The translations under genes and the position numbers were made by a program. A model generated the notes under the pieces. It did not search any database and had not been told where the DNA came from. It saw only the letters and a program-made list of their open reading frames with translations. This document shows, piece by piece, positions 47,943-59,900 of a DNA stretch of 64,000 nt (position 1 is its first letter; each line of letters begins with the position of its first letter). Origin of the DNA: Rhizaria sp. SCN 62-66. Lineage: Eukaryota. Where the stretch lies: assembly GCA_001724265.1 (NCBI GenBank), contig MEDY01000181.1, positions 1 to 64,000 of the forward strand. The letters run 5' to 3'.

Positions 47943-48475
47943 GTTTGAAAAGCGAACTAAGCAGTTGTTGTGCGAGAGCAAGTGAGGGAAGAGAAGACCG
48001 AAGAGTTAGGGAAAGTGGTGATGATGAGCGAATGACGGCGTTTAGCGGTGATTTCAAATATGCGGCGGTGATAAGCCTAATAGAGAAAACATACTGTGCT
48101 ATTCTGTCACAGTAAGTCGCATGTGGTGCAGCATCTAGTCGTACATGGCTCTGTCTGCATGCAGATATTTGCCCAACGACGTTGCCATTAAAGGGTTTCG
48201 GAGGCGTTTCATATTCGCACGATCTGCCAGCCAAAAAAGGCAATAGAGAAGACGCCCTAAATGAAGAAAGCACAATACACCAGCTTGACTCGCGTTTCAG
48301 AAAAATCAGGACACAAAACGTGGTTAGATGCGTGCAAATGAGATCTTTGTTCATAGCCACACTTTGCTTTTAGCTTGTGTCGGCAGCAGAAATGATTTCC
48401 GTTTTTTCGGTCTTCCAGTTGACCGAGAGTTGATTCGTGGTCAGACCGTCATTTACACCTTTTATGAACAACTTA

Positions 48476-48531
48476 GTATAGATGTGTTGTTTTAAGAACT
48501 TTAATAAGTTCTTAAAACAACACATCTATAC
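48476..48531. repeat. Perfect 26-bp inverted repeat with a 4-nt loop
   Basis: gtatagatgtgttgttttaagaactt (48476-48501), loop taat, aagttcttaaaacaacacatctatac (48506-48531); the arms are exact reverse complements. Confidence 0.95.
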
Positions 48532-48811
48532 GGCTAGTTTTATGCGAGACAATACTGAACTCGATCGTAGCCATTCAGGTAGGAAGTAGTCGTATGGGTT
48601 GCAGTTTCAATTGGTTTGTTATATTTTATTGTGATTTACTCTTGTTAAAATGTGTTATTGAAAATAAAAACATGTTGCTATAATCACTTTGACACAGGGT
48701 GCATAGCGTTGACCTTCCACAGGTTTCCGTCCGCTCACCTCCGCTTTTCCTCTATCATCACTTTAAGTCACTCGTCGAATTTCAAGTCACTGGATTCCGC
48801 GTATGCCTTAC

Positions 48812-51800
48812 TTACTTGGCGCGCGTGCTGGCCCTCGTGGCACGCGTCGCGCGCGCGGGCTGCTCAACCTCGTGCGAGTCAACAGCGGCCGTCTGCTCAG
48901 TCGCCTTGGCCACGCGTGCGCGCGTCGCACGCCCCGTCGTCGCCGCACTAACGGGCTCAGACTCGGCCGCAGCGGCGTCTAGCTCACCCGACGAGCGCTT
49001 GCGGCGCGAGGTCTTGGCGGCGGGCGTCGGCGCAACGGCGGGAGTGGCGTTCTCGCTCTCGTTCTCGGTGTCGGCGTCAGCCGCGGCAGCAGCGGCGGCG
49101 GCCTTCTTGGTGCCGGCGCGAGCAGGCTTCTTGGGGACTGCAGGCAGCGCGGCGGCGGCGGCCAGCGAGGCGTGCTGACCGACAGCGCCATCGTCCTCGA
49201 TGCCAAACGCGTTGACACCGCCGCGGAGCGCGTCTTGCACGTTTTGCGGCAGCAGCGAGAGTTCGTCGCTGTTATCATGGGCCTGGAGACAGTCCGTCAG
49301 ACGGCGTGGGTTGCGCTGCTTGGCCGTGACGGCGGCCACGGCGCCCTTGGCGGCCGCGGCGTCCTCGAGCGCGCCGCGCAGACGCACCTCAGCGGACATA
49401 GCCTGCTCCTTGGCGCGCTCGAGCTCAATGCGGAGCTGAGATGCCTCAGCATCGAGAATCTCGCAGTCGCGGCGCAGTGCAGCGCCGTGGGCCTCGGAGT
49501 CCTTGAGACGCTTGAGCAGCTGCGCGCGCTCGATCTCGCCGCGGATCCCGCCCAGGGGCCCGTCGTCGTCGCCCGCAATTGCTGCCGCGGCCGCCTGCGC
49601 CTGCGCCTCCTGCAACTGAACCTCGAGCTTCGCGTTGGCCGCGCGCGCTTCGCTCACCTGCTGCTTCAGCTCGATGACCTCCTGTTCCTTGCTCCGCAGA
49701 TCCGAGTTGAACTTGTGCGCTAGGTGCTCCAACTGCGCCGCGTGCGCCGCTGTGGTGCTCACCAGTCGCTCCTCGAGATCTTGCGCGGCGCGCGCACTCG
49801 CAGCACGCGCGTCCTCAGCCTCCTCGCGCGCGGTCTCGGCGGCGGCGACGACGGCCTTGCGCTCGGCCTCAACGCCCGCGAGTCGGACTTCGACCTCCGC
49901 GCGCGCCTGCGCGATGGCGCGGTCCTGCTCGTTGCGCGCGGTCTTAAGCGCGGTCGCCAGCACGGCGTCGGCGGTGTCCTTGGCCGCGCGCACAAGCGCA
50001 GTCGTGGCGTCGTCGTGCGACGCCAGCAGCTTCTCCTGGTGTGCGACGAGGCGGCGCTGCATGCGCGCCTCGGCCTCAAGCAGCTGGGCCTCGAGACGCT
50101 TCTCATGGCGCTCCTTCTGGCGGCGCATCTCGCCGCGCATCTCCTCCCACACTTGCGCGCGCGTGGCCTCCTCGACGCGCACTTCGCGCTCGGCCGCCAA
50201 AACGCGCTCGCGGCGCAAGGTGTACACCTCGCCCAGCAGCGCCTCGCCGCGGCGCTCGGCGGCCGCCAGCAGCGCGTGCACGTTGGACAGGGCCTTGTTA
50301 AGAGCGTCGCGCTCGCCCGCCGCGACGGAGAGCTGTTCTGTCAGCGAGGCAGTCGCGGCGGCGACTTCCTCGGCGACCTCGAAGTCGCCGGCGCCGAGCC
50401 GCGACACGGCGGGCTTGCGCGCGCCAGTGCCAGGACGCTTGGTGTCGACGCGCGACGCAACGCGGATCTCGCGCGCGACGGAGGCGTACTTAAGCGTATG
50501 AAGCGTCTCGTCGTATTCGGTCGGCGACGGGTTGACGTTGCAGATCATGGCCATGGAGCCATGGCCAGTGAGCACGTCACGGAACAGAAACGTGAGCTTC
50601 GAGTCACGGAACGGCACGACGCGCTGCGGCTGCTTCGGGTTGAGCTGGTTAAAGCGCACGGCCTCCAGGCAGCGGCCGAGCTGCATGAGCGAGGCGTTGA
50701 TCTTGTTGGTCTCGTTCTGGCGCATGCCACCGGCGGCGGCGCCTGTCTTGCTCGAACGCTCAGCGCCGGCGAGGTCGCACACGGAGAGTTTGGCCCACGT
50801 CGCGCCCTTGCCGTTGGTGAGCGTGACGGTGAAGACGGAGTGCGAGCGCGAGGACTCAGCATTGAGCTGCGTGTGTGCCATGACACGGTTGGACGAGCCA
50901 CGCTCGATGACTGAGAGCGCATCCTTGAGAGTGGCGACGCGCATCTGCGACAGACCGCGGACGCGGATCTCGTCCGTTGACGTCGCCACAACGGAGATTG
51001 GCTGGCGCTGCTTCGGGTCAGCGCGGCCGTCGAGCAGCAAGTCGAAGAGCTTCTCCTGGTAGATCTCGAGGTAGCTCGCATCTACGGTCAAATCAGCTGC
51101 TGCGCTGGCCCAAGAGTCCTCGCCGGCGCTGGCGCTCGAGGCGGCAAGTGTGCGCGCGCGGTCGATGCGCGCAAAGACCTCCTTGAGCAGGTGGATCACG
51201 ATACCAGGGTTTTCGGGCGTGCCCTGCATGGTGAAGGTCTTGCCGGAGTTGGTGACACCGTAGGCGAAGATGAGGCCGTTGGTGCCGGTGAAGAGCTTGT
51301 TCACGAGCGGAAGCGTGGTCACGCGGAACACTTCCTCCTGCTGCGCGTCGGGGCCAAGGACCTTGGAGAAGGCAAATGTGCCGTGTGCCTCACCGTTCTT
51401 GTACGACTGCGACGTCTCAGGGGCTGCGAGTTCGACGGAGTTGTCGCTGACGGGCTGCACTGTGGGCATTACGTCCTTGAGCTTGCGCACGCGCTCCTCA
51501 TGCGCCGCACGCAGACGCCGGCGGTGGTCTATCTCCTTCTCGTCGAGTCCGTCAACGATCTCAATGTCGCGCGGGGCGATGATCAGCGGGCGCACGCGCA
51601 GGTAGACCTGGACAGTCTCGCCCGACACAGCTGCCGCGCCAGCGGGGCGGGCCTTGGCCGGGTTAGTCTTCTGGGGCGTCACGCAGCCGTCCTCGGCCTT
51701 GGCTTCATCAATCGTGTCGTCAAAGTCGTCATCGTCGTTCTGATCAATGACTTTGGAGTCATACGGGGAGCCGGGCGCGGAGGAGCCCGCGGAGTCAGAC

Positions 51801-51850
51801 GAGTGCCTGCCCGCAAGGGACCCACTCTTCATCATCGGGGGTCTCTTCAT
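48812..51850 (-). CDS. Kinesin-6 family motor (KIF20/KIF23-like), 1012 aa
   Basis: VYLRVRP, P-loop IFAYGVTNSGKTFTMQG, NAESSRSHSVF, DLAGAER, INASLMQLGRCL...NQ...VPFRDSKLTFLF, then a long coiled coil; stop TAA. Confidence 0.9.
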   Translation of the reverse strand: MKRPPMMKSGSLAGRHSSDSAGSSAPGSPYDSKVIDQNDDDDFDDTIDEAKAEDGCVTPQKTNPAKARPAGAAAVSGETVQVYLRVRPLIIAPRDIEIVDGLDEKEIDHRRRLRAAHEERVRKLKDVMPTVQPVSDNSVELAAPETSQSYKNGEAHGTFAFSKVLGPDAQQEEVFRVTTLPLVNKLFTGTNGLIFAYGVTNSGKTFTMQGTPENPGIVIHLLKEVFARIDRARTLAASSASAGEDSWASAAADLTVDASYLEIYQEKLFDLLLDGRADPKQRQPISVVATSTDEIRVRGLSQMRVATLKDALSVIERGSSNRVMAHTQLNAESSRSHSVFTVTLTNGKGATWAKLSVCDLAGAERSSKTGAAAGGMRQNETNKINASLMQLGRCLEAVRFNQLNPKQPQRVVPFRDSKLTFLFRDVLTGHGSMAMICNVNPSPTEYDETLHTLKYASVAREIRVASRVDTKRPGTGARKPAVSRLGAGDFEVAEEVAAATASLTEQLSVAAGERDALNKALSNVHALLAAAERRGEALLGEVYTLRRERVLAAEREVRVEEATRAQVWEEMRGEMRRQKERHEKRLEAQLLEAEARMQRRLVAHQEKLLASHDDATTALVRAAKDTADAVLATALKTARNEQDRAIAQARAEVEVRLAGVEAERKAVVAAAETAREEAEDARAASARAAQDLEERLVSTTAAHAAQLEHLAHKFNSDLRSKEQEVIELKQQVSEARAANAKLEVQLQEAQAQAAAAAIAGDDDGPLGGIRGEIERAQLLKRLKDSEAHGAALRRDCEILDAEASQLRIELERAKEQAMSAEVRLRGALEDAAAAKGAVAAVTAKQRNPRRLTDCLQAHDNSDELSLLPQNVQDALRGGVNAFGIEDDGAVGQHASLAAAAALPAVPKKPARAGTKKAAAAAAAADADTENESENATPAVAPTPAAKTSRRKRSSGELDAAAAESEPVSAATTGRATRARVAKATEQTAAVDSHEVEQPARATRATRASTRAK

Positions 51851-52434
51851 GGTGAAAGAAAGTCACAGGTTATCAGGATGTGAATGATTTGCAAGTATTT
51901 TCAATACAACTTTAAATATATATTCACAAGAAACATTTCAATTTCACGATCATCCACGGCGTTATTCACAGTTTTAATCTGTGCCACTTTTCTAGCCGTT
52001 GGACGGTTGCCCTACCAACGTATCTCGACCGCAGCTACTGGGCGCAACTGTTTTTGTTATCGAATTGAGAGGGACAATCTTTATATTTGAATATTTTAGT
52101 TCGCGAATGATTTAAAGAAAAATGATATGTATACGTATGAACAGAAAAGTGCGAATACACTTTTAACAAAGAAACTATGAAAACAGAGGTTGCATTTTGT
52201 ACAGTTTTGTGTTGAATCTCTTTTTTGTTGTTGGTGTTGTTGGTTAGCAACCACCACGCAGGCACATGCACACGAGCAGCCAGGCAAATGCACTCCGCCA
52301 TCAGTCGTCTGATCGTCGCGCTTTCTCATATTCTTGTTGCTGCTGGGGCCAAGGCACACTATATGTTTTGATGAGTAACCACGGAGGGGAGTTGGCATTA
52401 TAGCGTCTCGTTTCTTTACATGAAGGCTGCAATT

Positions 52435-53241
52435 TTACTTGGCAGCGTCGTCCTTGCCGAGAAGGGCGTCGATGTGCGACTTGAGCACCGACAGGTCCTC
52501 ATCATCAACAAGTTTGAACTCCTGCACGAAATAGATGAAGTGCTTGAAGCACGTGTTGAGGTGCGCCTCGGCGCCCAGCTCGACGATCGAGTTGAAGTGC
52601 GACGAGTACACGTGAGCGTAGATGCGGAACAGGCGCTTGAAGATGGTCTTGACGCGCATGAGGAAGTCCTTGGGGAAGGGCGTGCCGACCTGGAGGGGAA
52701 AGATCTGCTCGTCGTTGAGCTGGGTCTCAACCCACGTCATGAGCAGGTCCACGTACTCGGGCGCGGAAACCTTCTCCGGCTTCTTGTACTTGACGCCATC
52801 CATCCAGTAGTACTCGTAGCCCTCGGCGGACATCACGGGGCACGACTGCGCGGTGCAGAACTCGGTCACGGTGCCGTACAGGAGCGAGATCTCGTTGAAG
52901 AAGTCGACGGCTGTAAAAGTAGCGGAAACAAGTGTCAGAGTATAGCGTGAGTTGTTGCGTGCACATGAGTTGGTGAAGTTCGAGGGAATCAAGACCGTCG
53001 CCACGGTAATCAATGCATCTGGGTGGTATATGAAAGGCGTGTAGTTGTTTGAGCGAGAGACGTACTGTTGACGGCGAGCCACTCGTTGAGATCCTCGTTA
53101 GGGGGCAGGATGACGGCGGCGCGCATGTCGCCGCTGCCGAGCGTGGCGTTGGCGTACTCAGTCTTGGCATACTGAGACAGCTCGGACTTGCGCTTGTCCG
53201 TGTGCGTTTTGGGGGCCTTGAGGGTCTTGTTCCGGTTGCCA
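52435..53241 (-). CDS. MOB1: MOB kinase activator (MOB1-like); exons 53241-53066 and 52910-52435 plus an unresolved short first exon (candidate ATG near 53405)
   Basis: ATLGSGDMRAAVILPPNEDLNEWLAVN|TVDFFNEISLLYGTVTEFCT...CPVMSA...KTIFKRLFRIYAHVYSSHF...EAHLNTCFKHF; intron GTACGT...TACAG; stop TAA. Confidence 0.93.
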
Positions 53242-53838
53242 CTACGCGGGGAGAAACCAGGAGGGACAAGATCGACGGATCGAGCAAGATTGGGATACGG
53301 GAGAGTGAGATTTAAGAGCAAGACGCGTGGAAGCAAGACAATTTGACAGGTTTAAACGACGAAATCACACTGGTGCAGACGAGACACACTGGTACAGAAA
53401 ACATTGCAAGGTGGGTATAGCTGTCAAGACGCAGAAATGCAGTAGTTCAGTGGTTAATTGGTTTGAGCGTGCCACTGGTGGCAGCCTCTCTGGTGCGCGC
53501 GAGAGGTCTCCGTCAGAGACTCGACAAAAATGAATTTAGACGTACAAAAGCTTGCTGAACATGGTCAGATGGGTTCCCTTTTAGTTAGCGATGCGGTCGC
53601 CTTCTGTTGGAGCAACAAACTCCCACCACTGGACGCGTGCTCTGGCTTCTCGCTCATCGTGCGGTGGTGGTCGACCGATGTGTTCGTAAAAAATCGATGG
53701 TCCTTCCGTCCGCGGTCGACCGCGCCACCGAAAGGTCATGTGCAAAGGCTGACTTTGCGGCTTGTGCGACGCTTCAACTAGCCGTGGTTTAGATCCAAGC
53801 ACCCTTGTTGTTTTTGGACGTTGAGTGCACTTTTTAGA

Positions 53839-55892
53839 ATGTTGAATCCCGAGTCATCAGGTACGTCCATCGCCTACCATCTCGCTTTTTTAATATGACC
53901 CTTTCCCCCGTGAGCTTTGCTCTCCCTGCGCAGCCACATTTAGCTCATTGTGCCTTCGTCTTTCATCTTTCCCCGCGCTATACCCTTCCCATCCGCGCGC
54001 TTTGCGTCCGTTCTGCCCGCTCAGTTCCTGAGGCCGAGGCGAGTAAGCCTAAGCAGCAGCGCGCGAAGCCCGACGCGGCGGCGCTCGCGGCTAAGCACGG
54101 CGGTCTGCCCCGCGCCGCCGACCTCAAGATCGGCGGCCCCGGGCCTGACGGCAAGGTCCTCGAGACGCAGAGCGACCTCAAGCGTGCGCGGGCCTGGCTC
54201 GCCGAGGCCAACAAGGCCCACAAGGCCGGCCTTCCCATCCCCGTCTTCGGCAACGCCGCCGCCGCCGCTCCTGCTGCTGCTGCCACTCCCAAGGACGCTG
54301 CTCCACCGACCGGCTCGCTGCAGCCCGTGGCCCCGACCTCCGGCGGCGTGACCGTGCTTGGCCACGGCGGCGTCTCGCTCTTCGCGTCCCCAGCCTCCTC
54401 CGCGCCCTCCCTCGACGCGAGCGTCTCGGCCTCGACCGCAACCTCCACATCCTCGAAATCCTCCACCGCCACGGGTGGCAAGTCGGGCTCGGTGCTGGGC
54501 CTCGCGCAGCTGCCCGCGGCCAAGCAGGTCCCGCTCTTTGCGCACCTGCCACAGCCGGACGAGGACGAGCTGCTGGGCCTCAAGTTCGGGCTCGGCCGCG
54601 AGTCGCTGCACCCCGCCTTCCGTGCACTGGGGCTGCGCTACGCCACCGGCGAGCTCTCGGGCGCCACCGCGCGACTGGGCGGGTTCGTCCGCGCGCTCCA
54701 CGCCTTCCTCGAGGACTTCGCGCCCGAGGCCGCGGCCGGCTCGTTCTCCGGCGCCGTGCTGCGCGCGCTGCGTCCCGTGCTGCGCTTCCTCAAGGAGTGC
54801 CGTCCGCTGTTGCTGCCGCTCGACACGCTGATGCGCTCGCTGCGCGCCTTTGCCGCCAAGCCCGCCGTGGCGGCGCTGCCGGCGGCCGAGGCGCGGCGCC
54901 GGCTGTCGGACTGGGCTGTGCGCTACCTCGAGACGCACATCATGGACCTCACGCAGGACCTGGCCGTCGCCGCGGCCGGGCTCATCAAGGACGGCGACGT
55001 CGTGCTGACGTACGCGCACTCGTCCGCCGTCGAGGCCGCGCTGCTGCACCGGTTCTCCGAGGGCGCACGCTTCAGCGTCATCGTCGTCGACGCACGGCCC
55101 CGGCTCGAAGGGCTCCGCCTCACGCAGCGGCTCGCCGCCGCGGGCGTCGAGTGCGACTACGCCGACGTCACCGCGCTCGCCTACGTCATCCGCGGCGCGA
55201 CCAAGGTGCTGCTGGGCGCGCACGCGATGCTGTGCAACGGCTCGGCACTCGCGCGCACTGGCACCGCGCTCGTGGCGATGCACGCAAAGAGCAACAACGT
55301 GCCCGTCGTCTTCTGCTGCCAGTCTTTCAAGTTCACTGACGCCGTGCAGCTCGACGCCATCTGCAGCAACGACCTGGCGCAGCCCGCCGAGCTGGTCGCG
55401 CCGTCCGTGCTGGGCGCGTCGTTCGTGCCCGCTGGCGACGAGGCCGCGGCCGCGAAAAACGCGGTCGCACAGGATCCTTTCTCGCCCGCGCTCGCGCTTC
55501 TGCCGCTGAGCGCTGCGACGCCGCTCGCAGCCGAGGTTAAGCGCGCCAAGGACGCCGCCGCCGCGCGCGAGAGCGCTATTGCGAGCGCCAACGCGGCCTT
55601 CGCGGCGGCGTCCAGCAGCACGAGTGCGAGTTCGACCGGCCGCGGGGCGGGCCGCGGCGCTGGCGGCAAGGGCGGACGCGAGGCCAAGGACTCGGCGAGC
55701 ATGGTCGCGCTGCAACTGAGCGACTGGCGCGAGCTCGACGGACTGAAACTGCTCAACATGAACTACGACGTTACGCCCGCCGGGCTGATCACAGCGGTGG
55801 TGACGGAGAGCAGGATTCCTGTGCCCACGACGTCGGCGCCGGCGATTCTGCGCGAGTTTCTTACCAACGTTGACCGTGCTATGCCCGAATGA
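53839..55892 (+). CDS. EIF2B4: Translation initiation factor eIF2B subunit delta; exons 53839-53860 and 54025-55892
   Basis: VPLFAHLPQ, LHPAFRALGLRYA, FLKECRPL, IKDGDVVLTYAHSSAV, FSVIVVDARPRLEG, FKFTDAVQLDAICSNDL, LKLLNMNYDVTP; intron GTACGT...CTCAG; stop TGA. Confidence 0.9.
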
Positions 55893-56903
55893 AGCGAATG
55901 TATGGGCGAAACCAACTGGGCAAACGAACGAGCGAATGGGATGTTAGATGTTATGTTCAAAGTGTTTCATCACTGCATGAGGCCAGTTTGCTCTTTGATG
56001 CGAACAAATGCTACGCGAAGACTGGGTATCCGAATGCTGGCTGTTTTTCGCGGGAATTCGATTTCTAACTAAAATGTCAGTTCTTGCGACGCAGTTTTGG
56101 TGCTAGCTGTGGAGTAGTAATGGAATACAATCCTGTTTCCTCCTGGAATCTGATGATACAAAACCGATGTTGTGAACACAGATAATGCGTGAGTTATCGA
56201 ATTATGATATCAATGCCAGAACTCTTTGCTTAGTGGTTCTCAAAAATACACGCACGACAGGCAGGCAGCCCATCGTCGTGTTGCACATGCGCTTTCAGGC
56301 CATTTTTTCTCGCGCTTATTATGTCACCCTGAGTCGTCATTTAGGTTCCGGAATTATTCGGTGATACACTATGGCACTGCTATTATGGAAATCAAATGAG
56401 TACACTTTAGTATCCCTTCTAAACGCCTGCGGCTGGTTGAGGGAAAGTGGTGCTCCTTCGAATCACCTCCTGCTTTCAAGCACCAACCCATTTGGACTTG
56501 TCATGCTGTACTACGACATAGGAAGAATGTTTCTGTGCACGGATTGGCTATATCCAGGGGATTTATTTTGATTCGCATTGGTTGCTTTTCTTCAATCTGC
56601 TTGCATATCCCGTAATATCTTTTTTTCCCCCACGCACATCGAGTAACCACAAATTCAATTCTGCTCCTTTGTTTGCTCCCGTTCCCTTCCTCCATGTCAG
56701 CATTTGGGCTTGGCCGTAGATCCCAAACGTATACCAGCGTTGATTTGCAGCTCACAAACGAGCGACTCGGCGTAACAAGCTTAGCGCATCTTTCCCGTGC
56801 AGTCACACCGCAGAGGGCGTCGACGCTGTGTTTGGCGTTCGGCTCTGCTCGCTTTTGCTTCGGCATCGTCCTCCACTCCCCGTTGCCACGCGTTGGCCCA
56901 CGG

Positions 56904-59900
56904 ATGAGGCATGTGTTCTCACTGCGCACATGGCCCGCGCTTTTGCTGTTGCTGCTCGCTACACTGGCGACTTTGCTGACTCCTGTAACATCAGTGTTCT
57001 CGATAACTTTGAACGCAGGTGCAGCAGCCCGCGCGGGCACTGCAGTCGACGTGGCGTTCAAGCTGGACACCACCCTTGCAGGCGGCGTATACGAGGGCGA
57101 CCTATTTCTTAAGTCGATGAATGACGATCCTATCTTTGTTCAAGGTACTTTACGCCACTGTCGCAGTGAAACTGTAAACGCCAGCGTTGGCATCGCCGCC
57201 ACAGCATACGCCGCCGCTATTAACGCAAACACCTTTTCGTTCAACACCACTAATGCCATGACAAACCTTGTCGTCCGTTGCCGCATTACGCTATCCTTTC
57301 TTTATGCTAACTCCACAAACGTCGCTGTGCTCGCGGAGCGCGTGAACGGCGTAAGCCAGGGCAATTCCACAACAAATTTATTTCTCGTCGGCTCGCCTGC
57401 GATTGTTTTCCCCGACGGCGCCTTCCTGTGGTACAACGACGCGTGGATTAACCAGGGCACACGCTTCAACATGCGTTTTTCTTTCACGGGCTCGCTGCGC
57501 TCTGCGATCACTGAGCTGGGCGCGATGAGGATTAACTTGCAGATTGAGGCCGGTACAACACACACCTTTGCGGCCATTATGTCATGCACGCTCGACATGG
57601 GTGCGACCAACGGTGGCGTCATTCAGCTTGCGGCGCCCACACTCTCCGGGGCGAACACGATTGCCAACTTCGCCATGCCCGCGCTTCAGGAAGACACGCA
57701 CGACGGCCAGGCAATCACGCTCAACTGCCTCGCGCCGTGGCGCTCCGACACAGAAACTAGCGTGGTTGCGTCCTTCATCATCAACCCTTCGCTCTACTTT
57801 GGCGTTTACCAGTTTACTGCATCTTCGCAGCCAACCATGCTCCCTATGTTCGCAAACACAGACTCATTTTCCGCCTTGTTTGCGATTGCCGAGACGGCCC
57901 CCACGTGGAACTCCGTCGACCAGGTACGTTTCCGCTCTAGTGTCCTATCAAAACGTCTTGAATCCAGACACTTCCAGCGTGTCGACGAGTCAACTGTGTT
58001 TATCCAACCCTTACATACGAGCTTTCAATTGCTCGCGTGCCATGACGTGTGCTTACTAATTCTCATATTCATATTTTCCTCATACTTTCATAATTTTTCT
58101 CTTCTGATTCGTACTACGCCAGGGCTTGCGCGGCAGCTCCGGCACCATCAAGCTGGGCCTTAGTCGGAGCTCCGACGGTGCCTTCTACCGCGGTGGCACT
58201 GGTGCGTACTGCACCGTGGGCATCAAGGGCGTGACCCACGAGCTGTATGCTGATGCCTCGGTCGCCGTCGTGCCGCCGCTCCAGCCCTCGGCGCTGCTTA
58301 AGGACGGCTACTGCACGTTCCCCATCAGCTCGCTTATCGTGCATGGCGGCGCGAGCTTTGCGGCCGACGACGCGCAGCTCGTCTTTGGCCTTTACTTTCC
58401 CACGGCGCCGGCCGCGCTAAAGGCCTCGGGATACGTGTCCTCAGACGGCTGGTTACAGCGCGCGTACTCGATCGACCGTCCGTTCACGACGAAACCGCTC
58501 CCCAGGAGCACCAGTCTCGCCGCAGTGACGGCCTTCACGCCCAAGGGCATGTACGTGCCGCAGCGCAGCTTCCTGTTTGACGGCAACACGACTCTGGCCG
58601 CGTACGACTACTTTGCGTTCCCGCGCGAGCTGCCGTCGTTGCCCGACAAAGCGCGTCCGCACCCGCGGCCGGCGCCGCGCCGCCTGCACGCCGTGGCGGC
58701 GTCGCCCGCTAGTTCGCCGCGGTCCACGACGCTCAAGGCGTCCATGAGCGGCCAGCTCTCGTTCTGGTTCGGCGGCATCCGGCAGCTCACGCCCTCGTCA
58801 TCGCCCTCGCACGTCGCGAACCTACTCAACGACCTGTGGGTATTTGACGCGCTGGCCAACACCACCACGCTGCTTGCAGGCGACCCGTCGAGCGTGAATA
58901 TGGGCGCGCGTGTGTACGCGTCCATGACCTACAATCCCTACAACGTCCCAGCGGCGCGGCACTCGGCGGCGTTGGCCTACGACTCTGTACAGCGCATGCT
59001 CTGGCTCTACGGCGGCGCTAAGCACGAGCTCATCAACTCGGCGGCGAGCGTGTACACGCTTTTCGACGACTTGTGGTCGTTCGACCTCTTACGCGGCCAG
59101 TGGGCCTGGCACTCGGGCAATTACGATGGCGTAACACGGCCAGGGTTTGCACAGGCATTCTCGGCTCGACCTCTTCCACTGGCCGGTGTCGCCATGGCTG
59201 CGCACAACGGTTGGCTACTTCTCTACGGTGGCTTAGGCTGCGCGTCGAAGTCGCAAAACGACACCAAGTACAACGCATTAGTCGAGGCAGAGCATCTTTT
59301 CTCCTACGAGACTGGGACGGGCAATTGGACGCGACTGCAGGGTTCGACAAACACATTCGACAACACGCTGCCGACACGCGGCAATTCAGTTCACCCTGCG
59401 GCGCGTGCGTACGGACAGCTGCTATGGCGCAACGACGCCGCAGCTAGCTAGGGCCAGTTGTATTTATATGGCGGCGTGCTGTCTCCGCCGCCGATCGGCG
59501 CCATGACGACGGGCATGATCACCGCGGCCACCACGCGCGCGTCCGCAACGCTCCCTGAAACGGACTCATCCGTGTTGTCAGGGCTATGGTCGCTTACGGT
59601 GACCTTTGCCAACAGCACCGCAACGTGGTCGCGCCTTGATCAGGCGCCCTTGATCGTCACCGCTGGTTCACGCGGAGAGCCGCGTATTGTGGACGCGTCC
59701 GCCGGACTTCAGCTTAACCCTGGTGGCCGTGTGTTTCACGCCATGAACGTTGCGAGCAATGGCGACCTGTTCCTCTACGGCGGCCGCGGCCACGCAGCCG
59801 GATATTGGGTGGATCCCGAATCCGCGTTGGCACCAACCGTCCCTCTGGGCGCTTTGCCACGACCGTCACCCTTCACGATTCCGCTCAGCGGTTTCTACAC

